Shown in pieces: positions 9,869 through 18,608 of a stretch of DNA of 64,000 bases. The notes under the pieces are model-generated. The model had not been told where the DNA came from. It ran no database searches and worked only from the letters and a program-made list of their open reading frames with translations. Each line of letters begins with the position of its first letter. Position 1 is the first letter of the stretch. Location: IMG/VR virus record IMGVR_UViG_3300025600_000001, positions 53,569 through 117,568 of that record. One strand, written 5' to 3'. The translations under genes were made by a program, and so were the position numbers. This DNA comes from a virus.

Positions 9869-10936
9869 ATGTTCACAAACAATGAAAAGATAATGGCAAA
9901 AAAAGCAGAAGAAATAAAAGAAAAAAAGGATAAATTGCGAGAAGCAATAGATCAAATGAATAAAAAATATGGTGTAGGTTCAATAATAACTCTTGATAAT
10001 AATAACTCTTTAGAGAAATATGAGGTAATTAGTTCTGGATCTATTGGATTTGATTATATCACTCTTGGAACTGGGGGATGGGTTAAAGGTAAATTATATG
10101 AACTAATGGGCTGGGAAGGAGTTGGGAAGAGTACTATTTGTGGACATGCTGCTGCTGAGTGTCAAAAAACTGGAGGAAAAGTTTTATATGTAGATGGTGA
10201 ACATGCTTTAGATAAGAATTATTTTCAGGCATTAGGAGTGGATACATCTAAAATGTTAATAGCTCAACCATCCTCAGGAGAAGAAGGATTTAATATTGCA
10301 GAAGAAATGATGAAATCAGGGGAACTTGATTTGGTTATTATTGACTCTGATAGTTCTTTAATTCCAAAAGCTGTGTTAATGGATGGAGAAATTGGAGATT
10401 CTTCTATAGGAAAAAAAGCTAAGTTAAATAGTAGTGCTTATCCTAGACTAAAAAATGCTCTTGTAGAAACTAAAACTTGTGTTTTAGTGGTTAGTCAATT
10501 TAGAGAAAAAATTGGTCAAATGTTTGGCGATCCAAAAATTACCCAGGGAGGACACGCACTAAAATATTATAGTGATGGAAGAATTGAAATAACCAGAACA
10601 TTAGCTAAAGAAGGAGATGAAATCTATGGTGCAATTATAAAGATAAAAACAATTAAGAATAAAATGGCTCCACCTTATAAGAAAAATGCGTTTGAGATTA
10701 TTTATGGTAAGGGAGTTGATAAATATAAAGAACTTATTGAACTTGGACAGGAATATCTAATTCTTAAGAAATGGGGAGAAAGTATTACTTATACTGGAAC
10801 TAAATACAAAATAAGTGAGTTTAATACTCTTCTTAGAGATAATGATGAATTCTTTGAAGAGATCAAACAACAACTTATCAATATCTTGATGCATACAGAA
10901 GAGTTACCAATTGATGAAATATCTGAAGAAGACTAA
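9869..10936 (+). CDS. recA: RecA recombinase (true start possibly ATG 9893)
   Basis: Walker A GWEGVGKST, YVDGEHALD, SQFREKIG, GGHALKYYS, KNKMAPP. Confidence 0.95.
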   Translation: MFTNNEKIMAKKAEEIKEKKDKLREAIDQMNKKYGVGSIITLDNNNSLEKYEVISSGSIGFDYITLGTGGWVKGKLYELMGWEGVGKSTICGHAAAECQKTGGKVLYVDGEHALDKNYFQALGVDTSKMLIAQPSSGEEGFNIAEEMMKSGELDLVIIDSDSSLIPKAVLMDGEIGDSSIGKKAKLNSSAYPRLKNALVETKTCVLVVSQFREKIGQMFGDPKITQGGHALKYYSDGRIEITRTLAKEGDEIYGAIIKIKTIKNKMAPPYKKNAFEIIYGKGVDKYKELIELGQEYLILKKWGESITYTGTKYKISEFNTLLRDNDEFFEEIKQQLINILMHTEELPIDEISEED

Positions 10937-10956
10937 ATAATGTTAATAAATAATGT

Positions 10957-11391
10957 ATGAAAAATGAAAAATATTATACTCCTAATATCGAGGATATTAG
11001 AGTAGGTTATGAATGTGAGATATGTCCTAATTTAGGATATGATGATGAATGGATAAAAGTTATTGGAAAATGTAAAGAAGTTTTAGGAAATGGAGTAAAA
11101 GATTGTAATTTAGCTGAATTAACGTATGATTGTTTAATAGATAGTCATATTGGAATCAGAACTTCCTATCTTACTAAAGAGCAAATAGAAAAAGAAGACT
11201 GGTTATTCAAAGTTTCTTATGGTGATGCTGAAAGATTTAGTAAAGCTAATTACAATATATTTTATTATTATAAAGATTGTATGTTAAGTGTAATTATGAC
11301 AAAAGAAACTAAAGAAGATATTTCAATTTTTGGAGGTAAATGTAATTCGATTAATGAATTTAGATGGATATGTAAATTATTAAATATTTAA
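10957..11391 (+). CDS. hypothetical protein
   Basis: 144-aa ORF in the operon. Confidence 0.7.
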   Translation: MKNEKYYTPNIEDIRVGYECEICPNLGYDDEWIKVIGKCKEVLGNGVKDCNLAELTYDCLIDSHIGIRTSYLTKEQIEKEDWLFKVSYGDAERFSKANYNIFYYYKDCMLSVIMTKETKEDISIFGGKCNSINEFRWICKLLNI

Positions 11392-11400
11392 AAATAAATA

Positions 11401-11763
11401 ATGAATAACTCAATTAATCTATTAGTAAAAGTTTGTCACGATGCCTCAGTAACTGCTGGATGGTATAATGATCCTATTACAGAAAAATCTCTTAAAACAA
11501 ATAAGGGAGAAAAGTTAATGTTAATGGTATCAGAAATAGTTGAAGCTATGGAAGGAGAAAGAAAAGATCTAATGGATGATCATCTTCCTCATAGAAAAAT
11601 GGCAGAAGTTGAACTAGCTGATGCAGTGATTAGAATTTGTGATTACTGTGGAAGATTTAAATATGATCTAGGAGGAGCTATTGTAGAAAAACTTGAATAC
11701 AATCGAACTCGTTCAGATCACAAAATAGAAAATCGCACAAAAGAAAATGGTAAAAAGTTTTAA
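11401..11763 (+). CDS. MazG-like nucleotide pyrophosphohydrolase
   Basis: LMVSEIVEAMEGERK..EVELADAVIRICD..KLEYN. Confidence 0.8.
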   Translation: MNNSINLLVKVCHDASVTAGWYNDPITEKSLKTNKGEKLMLMVSEIVEAMEGERKDLMDDHLPHRKMAEVELADAVIRICDYCGRFKYDLGGAIVEKLEYNRTRSDHKIENRTKENGKKF

Positions 11764-11781
11764 ATAAAAAATCTTAATTTT

Positions 11782-11940
11782 ATGAAAGTACTACTAATTA
11801 TCGTAATATTATTAGTTACAGTTATTTCTATAATATTAATATTTATTTCTATAAAAGGAATAATTAGATCTCATTATGAATTAAAAGAGATAGATAGACA
11901 AATTAAAGAATTACAGAATGAAAATCAGAAAAGGGTTTAA
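11782..11940 (+). CDS. small membrane protein (52 aa, not in ORF track)
   Basis: MKVLLIIVILLVTVISIILIFISIKG..., one TM helix plus a coiled-coil-like tail. Confidence 0.5.
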   Translation: MKVLLIIVILLVTVISIILIFISIKGIIRSHYELKEIDRQIKELQNENQKRV

Positions 11941-12235
11941 AAGAACAATAAAACCAATAGATAAAGAATCTCTCAATAAAATGAGAGATTTCTTTCTCTC
12001 TATATGGTCTAAGAAATCTCATAATTGTGAAAACTGTAAAAAGTGGCTTGGAAACGAACCACTTTCTTATATGTTTGATCATCTTCTTGAAAAGTCTAGG
12101 TATCCAGAACTAAAATATGAAGAAGAAAATATCATGTTAGTATGTTTAGAGTGTCATGATAATAAGACTAGAGGATTTCCTTCAGATACAACTAGATTGA
12201 GGATTGAAAAAGTTAAAGAACGATTTGACTTATAG
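11918..12235 (+). CDS. HNH endonuclease
   Basis: CENC..FDHLL..ENIMLVCLECH. Confidence 0.8.
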   Translation: MKIRKGFKRTIKPIDKESLNKMRDFFLSIWSKKSHNCENCKKWLGNEPLSYMFDHLLEKSRYPELKYEEENIMLVCLECHDNKTRGFPSDTTRLRIEKVKERFDL

Positions 12236-12305
12236 TTATCAATATTCTCTATCTATAGGAATAACTATAAGAAGGAGAAAGATAGTAATACTAAAAACTT
12301 ATAAT

Positions 12306-12560
12306 ATGAAAATGCCCTATGGAAAATATAAAGGAAAAACATTAGAATATATTATTAAAATAGACAAGTCCTATGTGAAATGGTTATATACAGATTGCAC
12401 AGATGATGATATAAGTTACTATGCAGGAAAAATACTAGGGTATACTTCTCATCATAAAATCGAAGATATAGTTATAGATTGTATAATTAGTAGAGGATAT
12501 GCTCCTACTGAAGCCAATCTCTTTATTAAGAAATTAAAAGGATTAGGAGAAGGAAAATAA
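12306..12560 (+). CDS. small protein with MPxGKYKG motif (DUF3820 / ExoX C-terminal-like)
   Basis: MKMPYGKYKGKTLEYII..SYVKWL; ATG 12306 preferred over TTG 12204. Confidence 0.6.
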   Translation: MKMPYGKYKGKTLEYIIKIDKSYVKWLYTDCTDDDISYYAGKILGYTSHHKIEDIVIDCIISRGYAPTEANLFIKKLKGLGEGK

Positions 12561-12574
12561 GAATAAAGAGAATA

Positions 12575-12602
12575 GAAGGAGAGGAATTTTTATCTCTCCT
12601 TA
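12575..12602 (+). terminator. putative terminator hairpin
   Basis: AAGGAGAG..CTCTCCTT inverted repeat after the ORF end. Confidence 0.45.
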
Positions 12603-12776
12603 ACTATTTCACTTTAAATGTGTTAACTCAATTTAAAATGTGAAGATGCTATGAACTTTATTAATAACCCAAGAGATAGTTATTAATAGTCTGATAGATA
12701 AATATTAATATTTTTTGTATATAATAGTATTTGTATTAATATTTTTGTATATTTGTATGGACTAAAAATTAAAAGT

Positions 12777-13277
12777 ATGAATTATGTAGAAGGTAATGAA
12801 TTTGAACTTTTTGATGATACAGATGCATCTTTAGGAAAGAAATTAGACTTAAGACATAGAAAATATAGAACTGACGAACCTATGTTTGTAAAAGCCTATC
12901 TTAATGACTTAAGTCAAATTCTTAGTGTAAATAGAGGAGATATAGCTGTTTTAATTGAACTTATGAAATATATGACCTATGACAATATTATTGATATCAC
13001 TCCTAGAATAAAAGATAAAGTAATTGAAGGTATGGGATATGGTACTCAACAAACTGTTGGTAATAGTATTTCTAAACTTAAAAAAGCCTTTATTATCCTA
13101 TCTCTAACTAGAGGATCTTATTTGATTGATCCTAAACTATTTTCTAAAGGAAGTTGGATAGATATATTAAAAATTAAAATGCAAATTACTTATAACAAAG
13201 ATGGTACTAAAACTATTAAAACTAAGTTTGAAAAAGAAGAAATTAGTAATGAAATACCAATTAATCAAGAAGGATAA
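12777..13277 (+). CDS. RepL-like winged-helix DNA-binding / replication protein
   Basis: FVKAY..VLIELMKYM..TVGNSISKLKK..RGSYLIDPKLFSKG; TATATTTG box at 12748-12755 favours ATG 12777. Confidence 0.6.
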   Translation: MNYVEGNEFELFDDTDASLGKKLDLRHRKYRTDEPMFVKAYLNDLSQILSVNRGDIAVLIELMKYMTYDNIIDITPRIKDKVIEGMGYGTQQTVGNSISKLKKAFIILSLTRGSYLIDPKLFSKGSWIDILKIKMQITYNKDGTKTIKTKFEKEEISNEIPINQEG

Positions 13278-13394
13278 TGAATAAGACTGAATATGCCAAA
13301 TTGTTAAAAGATCCTACATATATAGGAGGACCAACAAATTCATCAGTAACTGCACCAAATACTATAGCAACATTAACTTAAAATAATTTATCAC

Positions 13395-13703
13395 ATGAGA
13401 AATCAATTCGTTTATTCTAGTAGAGTAGAACTTCAAGTACAAGTAGAAGGTCAGGAAAAGCAATTTAAAGACCTACAGAACAGTTTTAGTCTTGATATGG
13501 TCTTATTGTCCATAGAAACACCAACAGGGCGTACAGTGGTCTTAAATCACATACATGAACGTACTCAGGAAGTTCCTGTTAGAAACAAACAGGGAAAAAT
13601 TACGGCAATGAGAAATGAACGAGGAATGTATCAGACTGAGGTTGCCCTTAATCAAGAGGATAGTGAACGATTTTTAAAAGTTACATCAGTTGATGTCGAA
13701 TAA
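13395..13703 (+). CDS. hypothetical protein
   Basis: 102-aa ORF. Confidence 0.7.
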   Translation: MRNQFVYSSRVELQVQVEGQEKQFKDLQNSFSLDMVLLSIETPTGRTVVLNHIHERTQEVPVRNKQGKITAMRNERGMYQTEVALNQEDSERFLKVTSVDVE

Positions 13704-13920
13704 AGACTATATTAATCTATTCCAAATGAAAAAGAAACTTTATAAATACAAACTACCAAAGATAATTAAAGAAACTCTTGGTAAAGATATATATGACAAA
13801 ATGTCTAATGTTATATCTGAACCTACTTCTGAAAGAGAATGTGTTATATATGGATCTCCTAAATGTATTGATATTATCGAGGAAGCAATTACTGAAGAAT
13901 TTAAAAATCGAATTAAATGA
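13690..13920 (+). CDS. hypothetical protein
   Basis: 76-aa ORF overlapping both neighbours. Confidence 0.55.
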   Translation: MMSNKDYINLFQMKKKLYKYKLPKIIKETLGKDIYDKMSNVISEPTSERECVIYGSPKCIDIIEEAITEEFKNRIK

Positions 13921-14684
13921 TTGATATGAATAATAAACTTCCAGGAATTAGTTGTCGTGTGATGACCTATGGGCGTGTTTCTACTCTTGAAGAAACTATT
14001 CAATCCTTTTTACAACAAGATTATTTAGGACCAAAAGAACTCATAATAATTAATGATTATAGCAAACAAACTCTAGTATATGATCATCCTGAAATAAAAA
14101 TATTTAATTTTACAGAACTTTTTGAAACTTTAGGAGATAAAGAGAATTTTTGTGTAGAACAATCTCAATATGAGATAATTGCAGTTATGGATGATGATGA
14201 TTTATATTTACAAAATCATCTTTCTAATATTGCTAAGTATTTTATTGAAGGAAGTGACTTGTTACATTGGAATAAGGGTATTTATATGTCATGGCCTAAG
14301 ATTGAAGCTATTACTGGTATTGGAAATTCTGGTATAGTTTATTCTAAAAAAATATGGAAAGAAATAGAAGGATATTCTAAAATGCATTCAGGATTTGATA
14401 TGGATTTTGTAGTTAGAATTAACTCAGTATCTTCTAATATTATTTTTGCTTCTCCTCCTGATAAAGAAGTGTCTGCTATCTATGTATGGGGAAATAGAGG
14501 TTATCATTGTAGTGGAAATGGGACAGATACTCCTGATAGACCAAATATATTAATACGTCATAGTGAATATATAGAATCTGAAAGAAAAAAAGGAAATATA
14601 CCAACAGGAATTATTCAATTAAATCCACATTGGAAATATCCATATGATGAAAAACTAAAAACTTTTATAAATGATCATAAATAA
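13917..14684 (+). CDS. glycosyltransferase family 2
   Basis: TYGRV..LEETIQSFLQQDY..ELIIIND; DxD in MDDDD. Confidence 0.9.
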   Translation: MIDMNNKLPGISCRVMTYGRVSTLEETIQSFLQQDYLGPKELIIINDYSKQTLVYDHPEIKIFNFTELFETLGDKENFCVEQSQYEIIAVMDDDDLYLQNHLSNIAKYFIEGSDLLHWNKGIYMSWPKIEAITGIGNSGIVYSKKIWKEIEGYSKMHSGFDMDFVVRINSVSSNIIFASPPDKEVSAIYVWGNRGYHCSGNGTDTPDRPNILIRHSEYIESERKKGNIPTGIIQLNPHWKYPYDEKLKTFINDHK

Positions 14685-15351
14685 TATTGTAGTAGACTCT
14701 ACAAATTCTGTTACAGATTTGTGTATGCTTGGAACATTATATCCTACAGATAAAAGTCCATATAATAAGAATGATAATTTACACAAACATGCTTATACAA
14801 GTATTTATAATCTTCTATTTTCTTCTATGAGGTATAAGACTATTAAACTTGGAGAGATTGGAATTCTTGATAATAACTCTATGAAGATGTGGAGAAAATA
14901 TTTTCCATATGCAGAGTTACATGGGTATGAATGGTCAGACGATTATCTTAAAAAAGCTACATCTGATAATCTTCCTAATACTTTTTATACTAAGATGGAT
15001 GTCACAGATAAATTTTCAATAGAGAAAGAGTTTAATAATATACTATTTGATGTTCTTATAGATGATTCTACACACAAATTTGAAGATCAAATTAATCTTA
15101 TTAATGTAGCTTGTAAGTATATGAATGTTGGAGGAATATTAATTATAGAAGATATATTTACAAATTTTGATCAAAAACAGTATGAAGATAGTATTGATCA
15201 TCTAAAGGAATATTTTTCAACTATTACATTTATAGAAACTAATCATCTTCTAAAATACTCTCCAGGATGGAATAATGATAAACTCTTAATATTATTTAGA
15301 AACAACATTCCTTACAATGACTATAAAATTAGTAATAATAACTCCATGTAG
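14671..15351 (+). CDS. class I SAM-dependent methyltransferase (possible sugar O-methyltransferase)
   Basis: KHAYT..Y, LGEIGI..SMKMW, FDVLIDDSTH, GGILIIED. Confidence 0.85.
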   Translation: MIINNIVVDSTNSVTDLCMLGTLYPTDKSPYNKNDNLHKHAYTSIYNLLFSSMRYKTIKLGEIGILDNNSMKMWRKYFPYAELHGYEWSDDYLKKATSDNLPNTFYTKMDVTDKFSIEKEFNNILFDVLIDDSTHKFEDQINLINVACKYMNVGGILIIEDIFTNFDQKQYEDSIDHLKEYFSTITFIETNHLLKYSPGWNNDKLLILFRNNIPYNDYKISNNNSM

Positions 15352-15862
15352 CAGAATAGAAAATCTATTTGTTTTGGAAAAAGCAATAAAAAGTATTCCT
15401 GAAACTAATAGAAGATGGATAGTTGTATTTGATAGAGAAGAAATTCCTTTAGATATACCAAAGAGTTGCGAACCTTATGCTTTTAAGGATAAAGAAAGTG
15501 TATTTGGAAATGCACAAAGAAACTATGCTTTTCAACTTATAGATGAAGGATATATCTATTTTAACGATGATGATACAGTCATTCATCCTCATCTATGGGA
15601 TAATATAAAAAATTCTACAGAAGATTTTGTCTATTTTAAACAAGAAGATAAAGAAGGAAAGATTAGACTTGAAGGAGAAATTGTAGCTCCTAATTATATT
15701 GATAGTGGTAATTTTATTGTAACACGCCAATGTATAGGAGATATTCGATGGGATTTAAAGAGATATGATGCAGATGGAGTATTTGCACAAGAATGTTATA
15801 AGAAAGCAAAAACTAAAAAATACATTCCTATTTCTCTCTCTATATATAATTCACTTAAATAA
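15317..15862 (+). CDS. GT2-like (GT-A fold) glycosyltransferase
   Basis: IITPCSR..NL, GNAQRN, YFNDDD, IDSG, YDADG. Confidence 0.8.
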   Translation: MTIKLVIITPCSRIENLFVLEKAIKSIPETNRRWIVVFDREEIPLDIPKSCEPYAFKDKESVFGNAQRNYAFQLIDEGYIYFNDDDTVIHPHLWDNIKNSTEDFVYFKQEDKEGKIRLEGEIVAPNYIDSGNFIVTRQCIGDIRWDLKRYDADGVFAQECYKKAKTKKYIPISLSIYNSLK

Positions 15863-15867
15863 TAATA

Positions 15868-15899
15868 AGAAAGGCTCTGTAAATAAGAGCCTTCTTTTT
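15868..15899. terminator. bidirectional terminator between the converging gene blocks
   Basis: AAGGCTCT-GTAAATA-AGAGCCTT stem with A-rich and T-rich flanks. Confidence 0.7.
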
Positions 15900-16062
15900 A
15901 TTTAGACAACTTTTTGCCTGTAAGTGGTTGCATCGGACTCTTCCCTTTTTTCCTAATTAAATCCGATTCCTGCATGAAATTGGGTTTTTTAGGATTAGGA
16001 GGTTTTACTTTTGGTGCGTTCCTAGGACTCCCTGACTTAGGTGCTTTTCCAAATGTTGCCAT
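15898..16062 (-). CDS. Lys/Pro-rich basic microprotein (54 aa)
   Basis: MATFGKAPKSGSPRNAPKVKPPNPKKPNF...KKLSK; ATG directly follows the upstream stop. Confidence 0.7.
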   Translation of the reverse strand: MATFGKAPKSGSPRNAPKVKPPNPKKPNFMQESDLIRKKGKSPMQPLTGKKLSK

Positions 16063-16224
16063 TTAATGTCCCTTCTTTTTCGTAGATCCTCCAGTTTTCA
16101 TCATCGGTGGACCCCCTCCCCCCATAGGATTACTACCTGTAGGAGGTACCTGCATAGGAACTTTCATACGAGATTTCTTCACTGGAAGAATTCTTTTAGC
16201 TTTTGCAGCGATTTTCTTTTTCAT
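16063..16224 (-). CDS. basic microprotein (53 aa)
   Basis: MKKKIAAKAKR...MMKTGGSTKKKGH. Confidence 0.7.
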   Translation of the reverse strand: MKKKIAAKAKRILPVKKSRMKVPMQVPPTGSNPMGGGGPPMMKTGGSTKKKGH

Positions 16225-16228
16225 GATG

Positions 16229-16390
16229 TTATTTCTTTTTAGAAAGTTTTTTACTTTTAACTTTTCCACCTTTTTTCATAAGAGTACCAGACCCAGTTTG
16301 TACTGCTAATTTTTTTACCCTTATAGGAGATCCTGGTGTAGACGTATCATGATACGTATCTGCACTTTTTGGTTTAATTCGCACTGCCAT
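16229..16390 (-). CDS. basic microprotein (53 aa)
   Basis: MAVRIKPKSAD...LMKKGGKVKSKKLSKKK. Confidence 0.7.
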   Translation of the reverse strand: MAVRIKPKSADTYHDTSTPGSPIRVKKLAVQTGSGTLMKKGGKVKSKKLSKKK

Positions 16391-16392
16391 AA

Positions 16393-16488
16393 CTATTTAG
16401 TTGATTTTTTGGCAGTTTTCACTTTGACCTTTGCTGATTTTTTAACAATCTTCATTTCGACCTTTTCTTCTTTTTTTTCATTTTTCAT
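16393..16488 (-). CDS. basic microprotein (31 aa)
   Basis: MKNEKKEEKVEMKIVKKSAKVKVKTAKKSTK. Confidence 0.55.
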   Translation of the reverse strand: MKNEKKEEKVEMKIVKKSAKVKVKTAKKSTK

Positions 16489-16522
16489 GATAATATGATT
16501 TAATAAATATTTAGAAACTTTA

Positions 16523-16684
16523 TTATTTACCTTTTCTAGTTCTTCCCATTTTTTTGAAAGTTTGGGCAAGTGTATACCGTTTACTTCCTGGAGGACATGT
16601 TTCACTACCAAATTTAGAACCTGTACAAGGTTTTGATTTTACCATAGTTTTAGTAGTAGTTTGTATCCAATTTTTCTTAGCCAT
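16523..16684 (-). CDS. basic microprotein with Cys pair (53 aa)
   Basis: MAKKNWIQ...PCTGSKFGSETCPPGSKRYTLAQTFKKMGR. Confidence 0.7.
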   Translation of the reverse strand: MAKKNWIQTTTKTMVKSKPCTGSKFGSETCPPGSKRYTLAQTFKKMGRTRKGK

Positions 16685-16687
16685 GAT

Positions 16688-16855
16688 TTATTTCTTTTTT
16701 GTTTTCTTTTTTCCACAACTTATACAAGTACCAGTTTTTGCTTTCTTTGTAGAGGCAATAGTTCGTTGTTGTACTTTAGTAAATGCTCCTTGAGGATCTA
16801 CCATAGGAGATTTTGTAGTTTTGTGGGCTATCCCACCAGCTTGATATTTTTTCAT
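16688..16855 (-). CDS. basic microprotein (55 aa)
   Basis: MKKYQAGG...KAKTGTCISCGKKKTKKK. Confidence 0.7.
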   Translation of the reverse strand: MKKYQAGGIAHKTTKSPMVDPQGAFTKVQQRTIASTKKAKTGTCISCGKKKTKKK

Positions 16856-16861
16856 AATTTA

Positions 16862-17119
16862 TTACTTTAATATATTCATTTCTGGTTTTTTCATAGCTGA
16901 TGGTTCAACTTCTGTAACAGTTCCCTGTTCTACAGCTTTTGCCATCATACCCTCAATAGTTCTATTAGCTCTATCGAGCATCATTATTCTTTCAGCTTCG
17001 GGAGTTTGAAGTACAGCTCTGATAGCATTAAGAATTGTTCCAAACTCATTTCCAGATAATTCAAATTTATCTTCTGGTTGCCAAGTATAAAACTTAGAAG
17101 GATCATAAGTATTACTCAT
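16862..17119 (-). CDS. hypothetical protein
   Basis: 85-aa ORF in a tightly packed operon. Confidence 0.75.
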   Translation of the reverse strand: MSNTYDPSKFYTWQPEDKFELSGNEFGTILNAIRAVLQTPEAERIMMLDRANRTIEGMMAKAVEQGTVTEVEPSAMKKPEMNILK

Positions 17120-17129
17120 ATTTTTATAT

Positions 17130-17903
17130 TTAAATTGTTATTACTGTCACTGTGTTATTATCCATTAAATATTGAATATCTCCATCTGGTAAACCACCAT
17201 TGATAGTCATCAATGCAATGGGAACTGTTAATTGAATATTGTTTCCACTTATACCAAAGAATACACCATCGTCACCTGTTGAAGATCCTAAATCTGTACA
17301 ACTATCAAGATATACAGAAGTCATACTTGTACAATTAGCAAATGCACTAGGACCTATATCAGTTACTAGAGGAAGATTAATAGTATCAAGAAGAACACAT
17401 CCTGATGCAAAATTAGATGGTATAGATGTTGCTCCAAATAAAGTTAGATTATTTAAATTAGTATTATTTTGAAGAGCAGTACTTTGTCCTGATTCAATTG
17501 CAAATGAGGTATCCACAATTCTCAACAAATCTGTTAGAAAACTAGAAAATATTTCTGTTCTTATATAAATGTGTGATCCACCAAATAAATGTACAATGTT
17601 ATTAATAATATCAAAATTTATAGAAGTGAAAGGATTTCCATTAGCAGGAAGATCAAAGAAAGTATTCCAATCACTAACATTTGAACCTACATCTACAATT
17701 GGATCTGCTGTAGGTATAAAATATATATCAACTGATAAAGGAATAGCAGTAGTAGTAGATGTAGAACTAAATTCACAACATAGATCCGTAGAGATTTCTT
17801 TCCATATTCCTATTTTAGGTCTAAAATTTGCAAGAATTAAACTTCCTCCTACAATCTTATTATTAGCATATCTGACAAATGCTTTTAATTTATTCTTTTC
17901 CAT
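17130..17903 (-). CDS. putative virion decoration protein with BspA-type leucine-rich repeats
   Basis: VTDIGPSAFANCTSMTSVYL and TSIPSNFASGCVLLDTINLP repeats; N-terminal module shared with 18608-19492. Confidence 0.7.
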   Translation of the reverse strand: MEKNKLKAFVRYANNKIVGGSLILANFRPKIGIWKEISTDLCCEFSSTSTTTAIPLSVDIYFIPTADPIVDVGSNVSDWNTFFDLPANGNPFTSINFDIINNIVHLFGGSHIYIRTEIFSSFLTDLLRIVDTSFAIESGQSTALQNNTNLNNLTLFGATSIPSNFASGCVLLDTINLPLVTDIGPSAFANCTSMTSVYLDSCTDLGSSTGDDGVFFGISGNNIQLTVPIALMTINGGLPDGDIQYLMDNNTVTVITI

Positions 17904-17910
17904 AGTTCAT

Positions 17911-18195
17911 TTAATCTAAACTAATATTAAATGTGATAGTCGATGTATGTTTAATACTTTTTCCTAAATCTAAATGTATCGAAAACATGTTATGAAACTT
18001 CAAAATCTCTTGTAATAACATATTGGTATATACAGGAAGACTAGGAGCCAATCGAAATTTATAAGCTTCAGGAACTTTTGTTATTTCAAGACTTGCATAT
18101 TCATCGACAGAAGAAATAATCCCTTCAAGTTGAGCCAGATAATTTAATTCATTATCTAACATGATCTCAGGAAAGAATCTCTTATGTATTTGCAT
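17911..18195 (-). CDS. hypothetical protein
   Basis: 94-aa ORF with TAATG coupling. Confidence 0.7.
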   Translation of the reverse strand: MQIHKRFFPEIMLDNELNYLAQLEGIISSVDEYASLEITKVPEAYKFRLAPSLPVYTNMLLQEILKFHNMFSIHLDLGKSIKHTSTITFNISLD

Positions 18196-18608
18196 TAGGA
18201 TTGTGTTAACAAATACAAAGTTTTTGCTGCTTTGCCACTAAGATCTTGGGCTAAATTCTCAATATTAGAATATCCTTTAGAACTAGCATAGTTTTCTAAT
18301 TGACTTGCAAAATTCTTTAATTCTATAAGAACTTTTTCAGGAGCACCTGGAATATAATCAATAATTGGTTCAAACTTATAGACTTTTACCTTTCTTCCTT
18401 CATACCCCATTAGTTCTTCTAAAAATGTATCTTTTGCATTTACTACATCATCCCAAACATTTAATGCAGAGTGTTCAGCATGAGAAGGAGTCTGTAAATG
18501 CAGTAGGTGTATCTGCTCAAAAAAATATGAAAATCTTTGAGCAATTGTTTCTAAAGATAACTCTCCCCCTGAGGAGGAGAGCATATTTTGAGGAAATAAT
18601 GATTTCAT
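18195..18608 (-). CDS. ferritin/Dps-like four-helix protein (DUF5856-like)
   Basis: HLLHLQT.SHAEH.AL..D..D.FLE..MG and C-terminal KTLYLLT. Confidence 0.65.
   Translation of the reverse strand: MKSLFPQNMLSSSGGELSLETIAQRFSYFFEQIHLLHLQTPSHAEHSALNVWDDVVNAKDTFLEELMGYEGRKVKVYKFEPIIDYIPGAPEKVLIELKNFASQLENYASSKGYSNIENLAQDLSGKAAKTLYLLTQS

Noticed and set aside
16393-16870. Track ORFs 16393-16611(-), 16554-16793(+) and 16661-16870(+)
   Set aside because: Better explained by the tiled ATG-started minus-strand microproteins; the long starts cross other genes
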